Shown here piece after piece: positions 10,869 to 21,340 of a DNA stretch of 64,000 nt. Each line of letters starts with the position of its first letter. The first letter of the stretch is position 1. The notes beneath the pieces are model-generated. The model was not told the origin of the DNA. It did no database searches and was given only the letters and a program-made list of their open reading frames with translations. This DNA comes from an uncultured Acidimicrobiia bacterium (GTDB lineage: Bacteria; Acidobacteriota; Terriglobia; Versatilivoradales; Versatilivoraceae), in NCBI GenBank assembly GCA_963810905.1, contig CAWEPG010000009.1:42280-106279 (forward strand), read 5' to 3'. The translations under genes were made by a program, and so were the position numbers.

Positions 10869-11753
10869 CTATTTCTTTAACTTTCTTCGGAATGCCAGAC
10901 AGCATGCCACACCCGACGTCAAGAATACCAGAGTGCTGGGCTCCGGAACGTCTGCAGTAGGAGTGGGAGTTCCGTCAGCGAAGGCGGTCGGAATCGGGAC
11001 GTCCGAACCTCCTCCTGAACCTGAATGAACGAGGACTCCAGCAACTGGAACTCCAGCGATGAGCCCTGGAATTAAGAAACCTGGAGGATGCGAAGATGAA
11101 GGGGCGATGAAGCCAAACGCTGCGGGAGGAGTATTTTCAAGCGGCAAAGAAACTGGTCCGGGGATCGGAGCCAACAAAAGGGCGTTGCTCTCTTCTACAG
11201 GCACCGGTGTGTCCAGCAAAACCTGTGGAGGTTCATCGATCCTTGTCTGCATCTTTGGCACGTCCGAGATTCGATTTCCACAACGGGCTCGAGCATAATT
11301 CACCCCGTCCGTAATCAGTTTTTCGCCTTTTGCCAGCCGCACCTTTTTTCGGGTCCAGTAAACCTTGTCGTCTATTCTGTATGAAACGTAAGCGGCCTTT
11401 TCCATCTTGAGGTCGACAACTACGCTCTTGGCAACGTTGAAGTCGAAGAAGTGGGCTGACACGACGCTGTCTTTTAACATGGCTGTCCGCAACTCCTCAA
11501 CATTGCGAACTCCTCCCCGGATGACGGAGCGGGGATAGATCAATCTCACTGGAGCCGAATTCGACCGTAGCGAAGGAGCTTGCCAAGTCCCGGTCTTGCC
11601 GGGGTGGTCCATGAAGATCGATGTCTCTTGCGTGTAGGTTAACATCTCCGCGTTTCTCGTCCTGAGATGGACCGCGAAAGCGCAAAGGTGCAGTAAAACC
11701 AGAATGATGAAGAATGTGAGCCAAACATGTCTTTTCTTAGTTGTATTGCGCAT
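10869..11753 (-). CDS. PEP-CTERM sorting-domain surface protein
   Basis: N-terminal hydrophobic signal; Pro/Gly-rich linker; C-terminal VPEP + hydrophobic helix + RRKLKK. Confidence 0.92.
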   Translation of the reverse strand: MRNTTKKRHVWLTFFIILVLLHLCAFAVHLRTRNAEMLTYTQETSIFMDHPGKTGTWQAPSLRSNSAPVRLIYPRSVIRGGVRNVEELRTAMLKDSVVSAHFFDFNVAKSVVVDLKMEKAAYVSYRIDDKVYWTRKKVRLAKGEKLITDGVNYARARCGNRISDVPKMQTRIDEPPQVLLDTPVPVEESNALLLAPIPGPVSLPLENTPPAAFGFIAPSSSHPPGFLIPGLIAGVPVAGVLVHSGSGGGSDVPIPTAFADGTPTPTADVPEPSTLVFLTSGVACCLAFRRKLKK

Positions 11754-11827
11754 TGTCTTAAGTCCCTTAAGATCTTAGTGATCCAGTTAAAAACTACGTT
11801 TGTTTTAGTGATCACTACTACATATAT

Positions 11828-11844
11828 AGCAATCGAGGCACCAA
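11828..11844 (-). promoter_or_regulatory. sigma54 -24/-12 promoter of the PEP-CTERM gene
   Basis: Minus strand TTGGTGCCTCGATTGCT, GG-N10-GC, about 75 nt upstream of the ATG. Confidence 0.7.
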
Positions 11845-12039
11845 ACCTTTAACACACGGATTATCTATTGGATTGTGCCCATGGCAGGTTCTTGATCTCT
11901 CCACTTTCTCCACTGCCCTGCCACAAAAGAGAAAAGTTTTTCGGAACTCTCCGGCTGTTGGCCGAACTGAAGAGCAGATCTCTCCAGAGTCCAGCTTATT
12001 CAGTCAACTTTCGAAGATTCAATGCCGATGTTTTAACTG

Positions 12040-13656
12040 GTGAGGTTGGCTTTGGTTGGTAGACGGATTAGGGGGGGACAGGATCTGAAACACGAGATCA
12101 TGAAGAACCGAGTCGCGGGGGTCTGCCCAATAGAAACGCAACTTGAAGCTTGCTGGTCGGGATTGCGCATTCTTCAGCTGTGCTCTCTGGCTCTGCTCTT
12201 CCTGTTTGCCTATCGTTCTGTATTGGGATCATTAGTTCAAGACTGGTGGACGAATCAAGCGCATTCCCACGGATTCCTGGTCGTGCCCATAGGTCTTTTC
12301 ATCGTCTGGACAAAGCGTAATCAACTTAGGAGACTGCCGGTCAAGCCTACCATTTGGTTGGGGATCTTCTTTATGGGTGCCGCTGGAATCCTACTGATTC
12401 TGAGCGAGATTGGTGGAGTCCTGATCCTGGGAGAACTCTCCTTGATTCTTATGCTGGCCGGCATTATCTTGGAGCTACTGGGAATCTCTTTTTTCAAAAA
12501 CCTTTGGGTTCCGCTGGCATACCTGTTCTTCATGCTTCCAATCCTTGAGGGAATCATTCTAACCTGGAATTGGCAATTTCAACTTCTTACAGCCAGGATG
12601 GGGGTTTTCATCCTGCGGGTGCTGGGTATTCCGGTTCAGCTCGAACAAAATCGAATTGTCCTCCCGGACATTATCCTCCGAGTCGCCGATAGTTGTAGCG
12701 GGGCTCGATACTTGATCTCGGTCCTGGCCCTGGCAATTCCGCTGGCCTATGTGTTGTTGAAGCGAATGCGGAACAGAATCACGCTGGTCGTTCTCTCAGT
12801 CGTTATTGGGGTTGTGGCTAACTGGATTCGGGTCGTCTGCATAGGGCTTTGGGCATACTACGGTGGAGCGGTTGTCCATGGACCATTTCATGTCTTTCAA
12901 GCGGTATCTGTGGCTTGGGTGGCCTTTGCGGGATTATTCTGTTGCGCGTGGGGCCTATCATCAGCAGAAAGAAAAGTCGTCGATGTCAAGGGGACCGATG
13001 GGCTGCTGCCAACGGCCGAAAATGCGCACGGTCTCTCAACAGTCTGGCGTCACTCTTGGGTCAATGTCGTACTGATTTTGGTTCTGGTGATCGCTTACTT
13101 GTCGGTCTATTACCGAGGCCCGGTGCCCCTGAAACAGAACTTGACAACCTTCCCTTCGGTCATCGGGCAATGGGTGGAGCTTCGACAGAATTCGGGAAGC
13201 CCCTTGTTACAGGCCGAGGGGGCCGATGATGAACTCCTCAAGACCTATTCAGATGGAGAGGGGCGCCTAGTCCATCTATACATAGCCTATTTTCAATATC
13301 AGCGCCAGGCAAAGGAAGCCGTGAGCTATCTGATGGCCCCGTTTCATCACAACGCCCAAATGCTGCCGCTGCCGAGCACTCAACAGGCCGTTGTTGTCAA
13401 CCGGAAACATGTCAAAACCGAATCGCAGGATTACGAGGTTCTTTTCTGGTACGACTTTAATGGGCGAGTCGTGGCGAATAAAATTGCAGCCAAAGGCTCT
13501 ACCATTTGGGATGCACTGACGAGAGGAAGAACCAATGGTGCTTTGGTGATGGTTTACAACGAAGTCGGGCAGAACGGAGTTCTGGAGTATCACGCCGGGG
13601 GTGCAGAGAAATTTGCGCTTGAGCTACTCCCGATCCTGCGGGAATTTCTCCCTTGA
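12040..13656 (+). CDS. Exosortase (EpsH family) fused to a C-terminal EpsI domain; likely start ATG 12100
   Basis: Multi-TM protein with HSHGFLV, catalytic Cys (VADSCSG), Arg (NWIRV) and His (PFH); EpsI-like periplasmic C-terminus (LYIAYF, YEVLFWY, RTNGALV). Confidence 0.92.
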   Translation: MRLALVGRRIRGGQDLKHEIMKNRVAGVCPIETQLEACWSGLRILQLCSLALLFLFAYRSVLGSLVQDWWTNQAHSHGFLVVPIGLFIVWTKRNQLRRLPVKPTIWLGIFFMGAAGILLILSEIGGVLILGELSLILMLAGIILELLGISFFKNLWVPLAYLFFMLPILEGIILTWNWQFQLLTARMGVFILRVLGIPVQLEQNRIVLPDIILRVADSCSGARYLISVLALAIPLAYVLLKRMRNRITLVVLSVVIGVVANWIRVVCIGLWAYYGGAVVHGPFHVFQAVSVAWVAFAGLFCCAWGLSSAERKVVDVKGTDGLLPTAENAHGLSTVWRHSWVNVVLILVLVIAYLSVYYRGPVPLKQNLTTFPSVIGQWVELRQNSGSPLLQAEGADDELLKTYSDGEGRLVHLYIAYFQYQRQAKEAVSYLMAPFHHNAQMLPLPSTQQAVVVNRKHVKTESQDYEVLFWYDFNGRVVANKIAAKGSTIWDALTRGRTNGALVMVYNEVGQNGVLEYHAGGAEKFALELLPILREFLP

Positions 13657-13853
13657 CTGCCGGACCGACTAGCGAGCCAAATTCCTGGTATCCCAGTCAA
13701 TTTGATTTTCCCTGATCATGGAGGTGAGGTTAGCCATGACAGTGAGGGGAGGATCCCAGCAGACAGGAGGAACTGCGGTTGACGGTGTGCCGTATACGTT
13801 TTGAGGTTCCAACGCTCAATCAGCACCAGAAGAGTTGGCGTTCATCGAAGTCT

Positions 13854-14807
13854 TCAGAACTCGGGGGATCTTTCATCAGCGTCAGACTTGGAGTTTATAT
13901 GATCCTCCATGGTTTCTTTGACAACCTTGCAAGTTTTAGCCAAATCATTAGCTACAAGTTTGAAACAAGAGCATCGATCCGTGATTTCTAAAGCTGCATC
14001 GAGTCCTTCACCTGGGTGCGCGAGGGGGTTGAGCGCATTCGCAAAGAGTCGAACTGCAGCTTCAGCCCGGGTGATTGGTTGAACCTGAGGCGAAGGGAGA
14101 TCGGGACGATAAAACAAAAAGAAGATCGCGGAGAGAGGTATCGGACCATTTCGAGTACCCCCGGGTAAAGCCTTCACAGGCACATGAAGAGTTCGGGACG
14201 TTTGGACGGTCCGTTTCGGAAGCGGATACAAACTGGGAGGAAGATTTTTGAGACCTAAAGCGTGAAGATAGGGGAAAACGGACAGAGTCTTCAGGTCAAT
14301 GGGTCCCAGTTCATCGCTGAGATAACGGAAACCATGATGAGACAGTGCCCACGCAGTAGTCGACTTCCCACCACCTGACATTGCGATCAGCATCAGCCCG
14401 TGGCTCTTATACTCAAGCACCGCCGCGTGTACGAAATAAAGCTCAGGCCGAAGTTTTTGGATTTCGATGGTGACATCTTTTTCGAATTGAAAAAGAAAAT
14501 CACCATCATCCGATGCCAGTATAGGTTGCTCGGCTCCTCGAATGATCAGGAATTTGTCGGGCGAACTCTTGCCGACAAAATAACTGAAAACTGGACTCTT
14601 CGCTGGTCTCTCGAGCGAAGAGTAATTGGCTAGAAGCAGCCGTTCGCACTCGGGATCGGCAACCGTAACCTTGATTTCGATCCCCAAAAAGTCAAACGTA
14701 AGAGCCCCAATGGCCGCTGGCATGCGTAAGTCTTTCTCAAGTTGATTCAATCCAGCCCCGATTGGCGGCTCCTGAGAAAATCGGACAGGCAAAAACGCAT
14801 CGGTCAC
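13854..14807 (-). CDS. HprK-related P-loop kinase; likely start ATG 14723
   Basis: VHAAVL, SGGGKSTT Walker A and YLSDE motifs, as in HprK-related and lasso-peptide-associated kinases. Confidence 0.8.
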   Translation of the reverse strand: MTDAFLPVRFSQEPPIGAGLNQLEKDLRMPAAIGALTFDFLGIEIKVTVADPECERLLLANYSSLERPAKSPVFSYFVGKSSPDKFLIIRGAEQPILASDDGDFLFQFEKDVTIEIQKLRPELYFVHAAVLEYKSHGLMLIAMSGGGKSTTAWALSHHGFRYLSDELGPIDLKTLSVFPYLHALGLKNLPPSLYPLPKRTVQTSRTLHVPVKALPGGTRNGPIPLSAIFFLFYRPDLPSPQVQPITRAEAAVRLFANALNPLAHPGEGLDAALEITDRCSCFKLVANDLAKTCKVVKETMEDHINSKSDADERSPEF

Positions 14808-14815
14808 TAAAAAAC

Positions 14816-15115
14816 TTAAGACCGACGTTTTTTACCCAATCCTTCTACGTCTTCTTTTTTTCCTTTTTCTCCAGGATTTCCAGGCCCTGTGCCTGGACCA
14901 TCATTCACCGGAGGATTGCCGGGTGGCTGTGGATCCCAACCATTGCCGACGCCATTGTTTCCCTTTTTATCTTTTCCAGAGTACGACTCGGCAGTTTTGG
15001 CTTCGCCAGAGCCCGTCCCGGCAAATGAAGGAATGGCCTTCAGAGTCAGGATGCAAGGAATCACATAGGCCGTCTTCTTGATAAATTCTCGCTTGGACTG
15101 TTCGTTTTCGGTCAT
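14816..15115 (-). CDS. Small 99-aa peptide, candidate RRE-bound precursor or secreted substrate
   Basis: AGGAGG RBS before ATG 15115; leader SKREFIKKTAYVIPCILTL; Gly/Asn/Pro-rich core; sits between the PqqD-like gene and the kinase. Confidence 0.75.
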   Translation of the reverse strand: MTENEQSKREFIKKTAYVIPCILTLKAIPSFAGTGSGEAKTAESYSGKDKKGNNGVGNGWDPQPPGNPPVNDGPGTGPGNPGEKGKKEDVEGLGKKRRS

Positions 15116-15145
15116 CCTTAATTGCCTCCTTGATTCGCTTAGCAA

Positions 15146-15424
15146 TCAGTGATCGGAGTACTCCAGCAGATTCAATTTCTTCATTTCACCCAAGACTCCA
15201 ATTACATCTTTTTCAGCTCTTACAGGATCAATCTCAAAAGCTTGTGCCAATTGCTCGATAATCTTCTGTGTCATCGACGAGCCGTCACAATGATTCCAGA
15301 TATAGCTGGCTGTTGAGTTGAGCTGATGAACGAGCCCATTCGCTCGGTCCAAAATCACTATCTCTTCACCCACAATTCGAAAACTCAGTTCCGAACACCT
15401 TTTAAGTGGTTTTTCTGTCATCAC
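15146..15424 (-). CDS. Stand-alone PqqD-family protein (RiPP recognition element)
   Basis: 92 aa; VGEEIVILD...HQLNSTASYIWNHCDG...LAQAFEID...AEKDV...NLL matches the PqqD/RRE pattern. Confidence 0.88.
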   Translation of the reverse strand: MMTEKPLKRCSELSFRIVGEEIVILDRANGLVHQLNSTASYIWNHCDGSSMTQKIIEQLAQAFEIDPVRAEKDVIGVLGEMKKLNLLEYSDH

Positions 15425-15500
15425 GAATGACCTTGAGCTCGAATCGCACTCGCTGACCCCTTATCGAGAAGCTTTGCGAACAGTTACCCGTCCAATGGCA

Positions 15501-15517
15501 TGCAAAACCGAGTCCAA
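15501..15517 (-). promoter_or_regulatory. sigma54 -24/-12 promoter of the PqqD-peptide-kinase operon
   Basis: Minus strand TTGGACTCGGTTTTGCA, GG-N10-GC; AT-rich tract immediately upstream. Confidence 0.65.
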
Positions 15518-16088
15518 ACTCGAACTGAACAAAGTTTGATTGAGATTTTCTGGTAACTATATGAAATAAAAATTCTTACTACAGTTTCCAATTGAGTAGA
15601 AACGCCGCACTCGTCTCTCGGAACGGTCCAAAAAGAATTATTAACGTTCCATTTATGTGCAATTTTTTTCCCGATGACTTTCTATCATTCGAGTCTGCCC
15701 ACCAGATCTGAAGGCGTTCAAGTACAATCAAATGAAGCGCCACAGCCGATCTTGTTCACCGCCCCGGGATAAAGGGGACGACTCGAAATTTACGCAAAGT
15801 CGAGACCTTTATGATCACTAACTTCAATGTTATCTGAATCCGTCGACCAGGATTGCGGCAAGTTGCCCCCTAGCTACTAGGCATAATCCTAATCCAGGTC
15901 GAATTGTCCTTTTGTGGTTGGGGAGAGAAGAATTGGGAAAGACGTGCACATTTGGAGGAGCCTGGCGATTTGCCGACGGTGGACTTGCCCCAGTCCCGGC
16001 AAATGGGTCACCAACTTGCTTAACATTTTAAGTGCCACGCCCAGAGCCCGGCTCTGCCGGACAAGAGACCAGGCCCACTACTATCCAG

Positions 16089-16853
16089 ATGGCAACCATC
16101 GGCTCTATAGACGATTTTGACAAGCCTTTATGCTCCCAGCCGACTCTGGGCACAGGAGATGTCCATGTCTGGAAAGTTGAGATAGGAGTTGAGTCCCCTC
16201 GCATCCCTCTCTTTTGGTCCGTTCTTGCCAAAGAGGAGCAGGAGCGAGCCAGCAGATTCTATTTCTCACCGGATCGGGATCGTTTTGTTGTGTGCCGGGG
16301 ATTACTCCGACGCTTCATTGCAGAATATCTGCATTTGGATCCGGCCTTAGTCACATTTCAAAGCAAACCACATGGGAAACCTTCCCTGGCAGGAGGATGT
16401 ACCGAGGCGGATCTCAGATTCAATATCTCCCATTCACATGATCGAGCACTTTTTGCCTTTTCAAGGGGCCGGGAAGTTGGGGTGGATATAGAACAGATCG
16501 ACGCGAAGCCTGCAGAAGAACAGATTGCGGAGAGATTTTTCTCGCCAGAGGAAGTAAGTGCACTTCGCGCGCTTCCGTCTGACCAGCAGATCGAGGCTTT
16601 CTTTCTTTGTTGGACTCGCAAGGAAGCATTCGTAAAGGCCCGCGGTGAAGGATTGAGCATTCCTTTGGATCAGTTCGCAGTCTCCTTAGAACCGGGCCGG
16701 CCAGCATCGCTACTCTGGGTGAAAGGGAATCCCCATGAGACCCAAAAGTGGTTGCTAAGGAATCTGAATCCAGGCGCCGGATACGCTGCAGCTCTGGTTG
16801 TAGAGAGTGGAGAAGCGGAAGTTCGGTGTTGGAATTTGCCGCCAAGCTTCTAG
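16089..16853 (+). CDS. Sfp-type 4'-phosphopantetheinyl transferase
   Basis: GKP, FNISHS, VGVDIE and WTRKEAFVKARGEG motifs. Confidence 0.95.
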   Translation: MATIGSIDDFDKPLCSQPTLGTGDVHVWKVEIGVESPRIPLFWSVLAKEEQERASRFYFSPDRDRFVVCRGLLRRFIAEYLHLDPALVTFQSKPHGKPSLAGGCTEADLRFNISHSHDRALFAFSRGREVGVDIEQIDAKPAEEQIAERFFSPEEVSALRALPSDQQIEAFFLCWTRKEAFVKARGEGLSIPLDQFAVSLEPGRPASLLWVKGNPHETQKWLLRNLNPGAGYAAALVVESGEAEVRCWNLPPSF

Positions 16854-17660
16854 CTGAAATCTGTTCTGGCATGAATGCTTCTGCGTTCGCTTGTCAACAG
16901 GAACTAGGAGCTGATATTGAATGGATTGATTATGATTGGCAGTATTGCAGGGAACTCATGGAGGAGGAGAAGTGGGACTTTCCAGCACCTTAGAAATGCA
17001 ATCGAGGCGAACTACCCCTGAGGATCTGGCTGACACAGTCCAGAGCCAAAACAGCAATCTCATCCACCAAAAGCCCGAGAGAAACCATTTGCCTAATTAG
17101 CGCCTGAAGGTCAGAAGAGGCGACCCCGGGCTTTTCAAAATGCTCTGGAAACAGCCAGCAAGGTGTCGTAGTATTTTTTGAAGATGAGAATAGCAGTTCG
17201 TTAGTGGAAAGTTGTGTCACAGCTGCTTTTACTCCGAAGAGTTTCCTTTGTTCATGGGGCATATATGGTCCGGTCTAGATCCTTTAAGTTCTGGGTAGAT
17301 GTATCTTTGATAAGTTCGGATCATAGACGGTTCCGTTTAAACAATAAGGGCTGGAAGAAATTTCTCTTGGCGTGATTCCAGGGCTGGAGAAAGGCTTTCT
17401 GCACGGAAGAGCCTTTTGCATTTCAGGCAGACAGAAGAGTGTGCTGGTCATTCAGCGCTTTGGATAGTAGGAAACAATGGTCCTTAAGTGGATGGAGTGA
17501 GAGATATTTGGGCTCATCCTTAGCTCATCTCTAAGAAATTACGAAAATAATCTATGCCCGCGTGAGTTGCCATTAGGCGCGCATGCCGTCGTCCAGTCCC
17601 TCACCTTTGGCGATGAATTGGAGGTTTAGGAAATCCTACCAATAGTTTCGGAGCCTTCCA

Positions 17661-20600
17661 ATGAATAGGCTGTGCTGGCCCAACATCCTCTTGCTGGGCG
17701 CACTTTGTTCGTTTTTTTCGATTGCGATGACTGGAAGGATATTTGCGTCCAATCCAGTCCCGAGCATAACCCAGCTTTCTCCAGCAGGGGCCTATGCTGG
17801 AGGTATTTCTTTTCAGCTCAACGTACAGGGAACCAATTTCGCTTCCGATTCGCAGGTGCGATGGAAGGGGTCCGGCCGCCCAACAACTTTCATCGACAGC
17901 ACTTTGCTTATAGCAGAAATTTCGGCAAATGATCTTTCCCAGGCAGGTCCGGTCAGCGTGACCGTCTTCAACCCCGCCCCGGGCGGAGGCACATCGAATG
18001 CTCTGATATTCAATGTAACAAACGTCATTCCAACGATTAGCAGTCTCAATCCAAACTCAAACTTGGCCGGCGCCGGCAGCTTCACCTTAACAGTTAATGG
18101 GAGTAAATTTGTTACTACTTCTCAGATCCTTTGGAATGGTTCCCCTCGACCGACAATATTTATCAATCTCAATCAATTGAAGGCAGCGATTTCTGCCAGC
18201 GATATCGCCACAGCAGGTTCAGCCAATGTAAAGGTCTCAAATTATCCTTCCGGATCGTTCGTGTCCGGCCCATTGGAATTCTTGATCACCGATACAAATC
18301 CTCTTCCGATCATCAATAGTCTTGATCCAAATTCTATCCCTCATGGGAGTACGGGCCCGATCCTAACTGTTTCCGGCAGCAACTTTGTTTATGACTCCAA
18401 AGTGCGATGGAAGGGCTCCAATCGGCAAACCAGTTTCATCAGCAGTACCCAGCTGGAGGCGCTGCTCTCAGATGCAGATGTTGCGACCGCAGGGCTGGCT
18501 GATGTGACCGTTTTCAACGCCGCACCAGGCGGCGGAGATTCAATTTCCAAATCGTTCGCCATAACCCAGGAAAATCCCGTCCCGGTAATCAGATTCAATG
18601 GTCTATTTCCCAATTTTTCCCCAGTGGGAGGGGATAGTTTCACTTTGTTGATCTGTGGCTCCAACTTCACACATGATTCTAAAGTCCAATGGAATGGTTC
18701 CGACCGCGCCACTACATTTGTTAGAACTACTCAATTAGAGATAGAAGTTCCAGATAGCGACCTGATCACTCAAGGATCAGCAAGCGTTGCTGTCTTGAAT
18801 CCTTCTCCTGGCGGGGGAAGCTCCGCAAATGAGACCAGGCTGTTTATTACCAATAACTTTCCGGACATTAACAAATTAAATCCAGCTTCGCTCTTTGAGT
18901 TGAACGATGATTTCACTCTCACGGTCGATGGGAATCATTTCGACGTGGCGTCTAGAATTCATTTGAATGGCCAGGAAAACCCAACCAGATTTGTCGATAA
19001 GACCCATCTTGAGACAACGATACCTGCAGTTCATGTCGCTGCAGGTAAACCCATTCAAATCGGTGTTTACAATCCGGGCCTTGGAGGTGGAATCTCAAAT
19101 ATCTTGGCGCTCGCGGGGAATAATCCCAGTTTAAGCATCTCAAGCATCAGTCCCCAATCTGGACCAATCACAGGTGGGGTGTCCGTTCTCATCAATGGAA
19201 CAGGATTTCAGAGCGGAACAAAGGTTGAGATTGGGAATGTTGGCGCAACAGTAATCTCCATAAGTCCCATTCAGATCACTGCTGTGATCAATTCTGCACC
19301 CTCAACAGGTGTTTTCGATGTGGTATTAACTGATCCGGGTGGAACAAAAGTAACTTTAATAAAAGGGTTCAATTATACGTCTGTTGTCTCGCCGGTTTTG
19401 ATCAGTTTGGCTCCATCTTCAAAGTCGCAGGGCAGCGAATCCTTCATCCTGACAGCAAGCGGTGACAACTTTACTGAGAGAGCAATAGTTCAATGGAATG
19501 GGTTACCGCGAGTCACCCAATTCCTTGGTAGTAATCAAGTGAAGGCGGCAATCTCAACCAATGATATCCTTAACCAAGGGACAGCTCACGTCACTGTTTC
19601 GATGGATGGAGTTGTAACCTCTCCGGTTTCATTTTCGATCACCCCGAACAATAACCCTGTTGAGCTGACGGGGGTGCTTCCCAAGTCTGGTTCGGTCTTA
19701 GGAGCTACAAAAGTCAGCATTTTGGGTAGAAACTTTACACCCGAAATGACCAATTCGATTTCAAAGCTATTTATAACCGGATCTGGAGGAGAAAGCTCAT
19801 TGGAACAAACCTCCAGTGATACGCAGATCCTGTTTGGAGAAAAGAAGGCAAGCAACATCCTCTTCGTCAACAGCTCAAAACTGAAGGCCGTTACGCCAGC
19901 TAACTCAGAAGGAATCTCTGATGTGAGCTTGATCCATTCAGATGGAACACGTGCAATTCTCCCCAGGCTTACACTTTCCAATTATTTTCGCAGTTACCTC
20001 CTCCCGATCCAGGGGCGGGCGGGCTGCCCAAAAGATTGCGAATTCCTCTAGTTATTGACAGCGCGGAATTTCGTACCAACCTCGGGATCAACAACCTCGG
20101 CAGCATACCTGCCGCGGTACGCATTTTTCTGCTCAACAATCACGGAGAGGTCATGGCGACCCAACCGGCCATGGTACCCCCACATGGGCTTACCCAAATC
20201 TTGAACGTTGTACGATACCTCGAAGGGGTTTCGACGCTGACGGGTCGTGAAGGTTCGCTAGTATTGGAATCTGCGCAAAGCATTGCGGCTTGGGCATCTC
20301 TGATCGACAATCTTACGGGGGATCCCAGCCTCCAGATTGCCCGCACTGAATCGGAGGCGGCCAGCTTTGTGATGATCCCCACCTCTGCCTCGATCGGCCG
20401 TTTTTCGACGAGCCTCATCGTAGTTAATAACAGTTCAGCCGCCGGACAGGTCACCATCCGGTCTCGCCAGGCAAGCGGTGCGATTCAGGCTTCACTATCT
20501 AATTTGCAAATAGACCCCAACGGTTACCTTTATTTCGAAGATTTCTATTCGGAAGCAGGCTTAGGCGGGGTCTTCGGTCCCATAGAAATTGAAGCGGTAG

Positions 20601-21340
20601 GTGCGATAAAGGTCTTGGCTGCCGCACGAATCTACACCCGTGAAGGGACCAGCGGTTTTATGGATGGAGTGAATGGCAGTCTTGCTTCCAAGAAAATAGT
20701 TCTGCCATATTCTTTGGACACCGATGATTTTAGGACAAACCTTGGGATCACAAACCCTGGCAGCGACCCGGTAAATGTGACCGTCAGCCTACTTGACAGA
20801 GACGGCCTGACGTTGGGGACGTTAGCAACCACAGTTCCTTCTAACGGACTGACTCAAATCAACAATGTCAATCAAGTGTTGCTCAATTCCGGGACAATCA
20901 GTAATCAGGAGGGGTATTTGGAGCTGAAGGCTGATCACCCGATCTTCGGTTGGACCTCTCAGATAGACAATGTGTTTTCCGATCTCAGCCTGGTGGTGGG
21001 AAAATCACCAATAGGGGCAACAAAAGTACTCATTCCATCCACAGTTGACACGAGCAGCTTTAGATCGAGCCTTGCAATCGTCAATCTAGATTCGTTGTCG
21101 ACAAACGTGCAAATCACAGCCCGAGATAACGATGGCAATGTAAGGCAGTTGAGCAACTTGACTATCCCGGGTAACGGCTTCTTTTTCTACGGCAATATAT
21201 TAAGCAGCCTCGGCTTGGAGGGTACATTCGGCCCATTGGAAATCAGCTCTCTTGATAGCAAGCCATTACTGGCCGTCTCCCGCGTTTATAGTCCACAGCG
21301 CACTGGTGGCTACTTTGAGGGAATAGACATAAGCCCATAG
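17661..21340 (+). CDS. Large secreted IPT/TIG-repeat protein with two copies of a conserved C-terminal module; split by a frameshift near 19961
   Basis: Signal peptide; about 7 IPT-like repeats (PxIxSLxP...GxNF...VxWNG...NPxPGGG). One added C in the C-run at 19961 gives ILPQAYTF...LPKRLRIP, joining ORF 20036..21340. Confidence 0.82.

Noticed and set aside
15146-15424. PQQ biosynthesis gene pqqD
   Set aside because: No pqqA/B/C/E nearby and the adjacent peptide lacks the ExxxY PqqA motif; treated as a generic RRE.
13854-15424. Lasso peptide cluster
   Set aside because: No asparagine-synthetase-like cyclase or B2 peptidase in the window, and the core is much longer than typical lasso cores.
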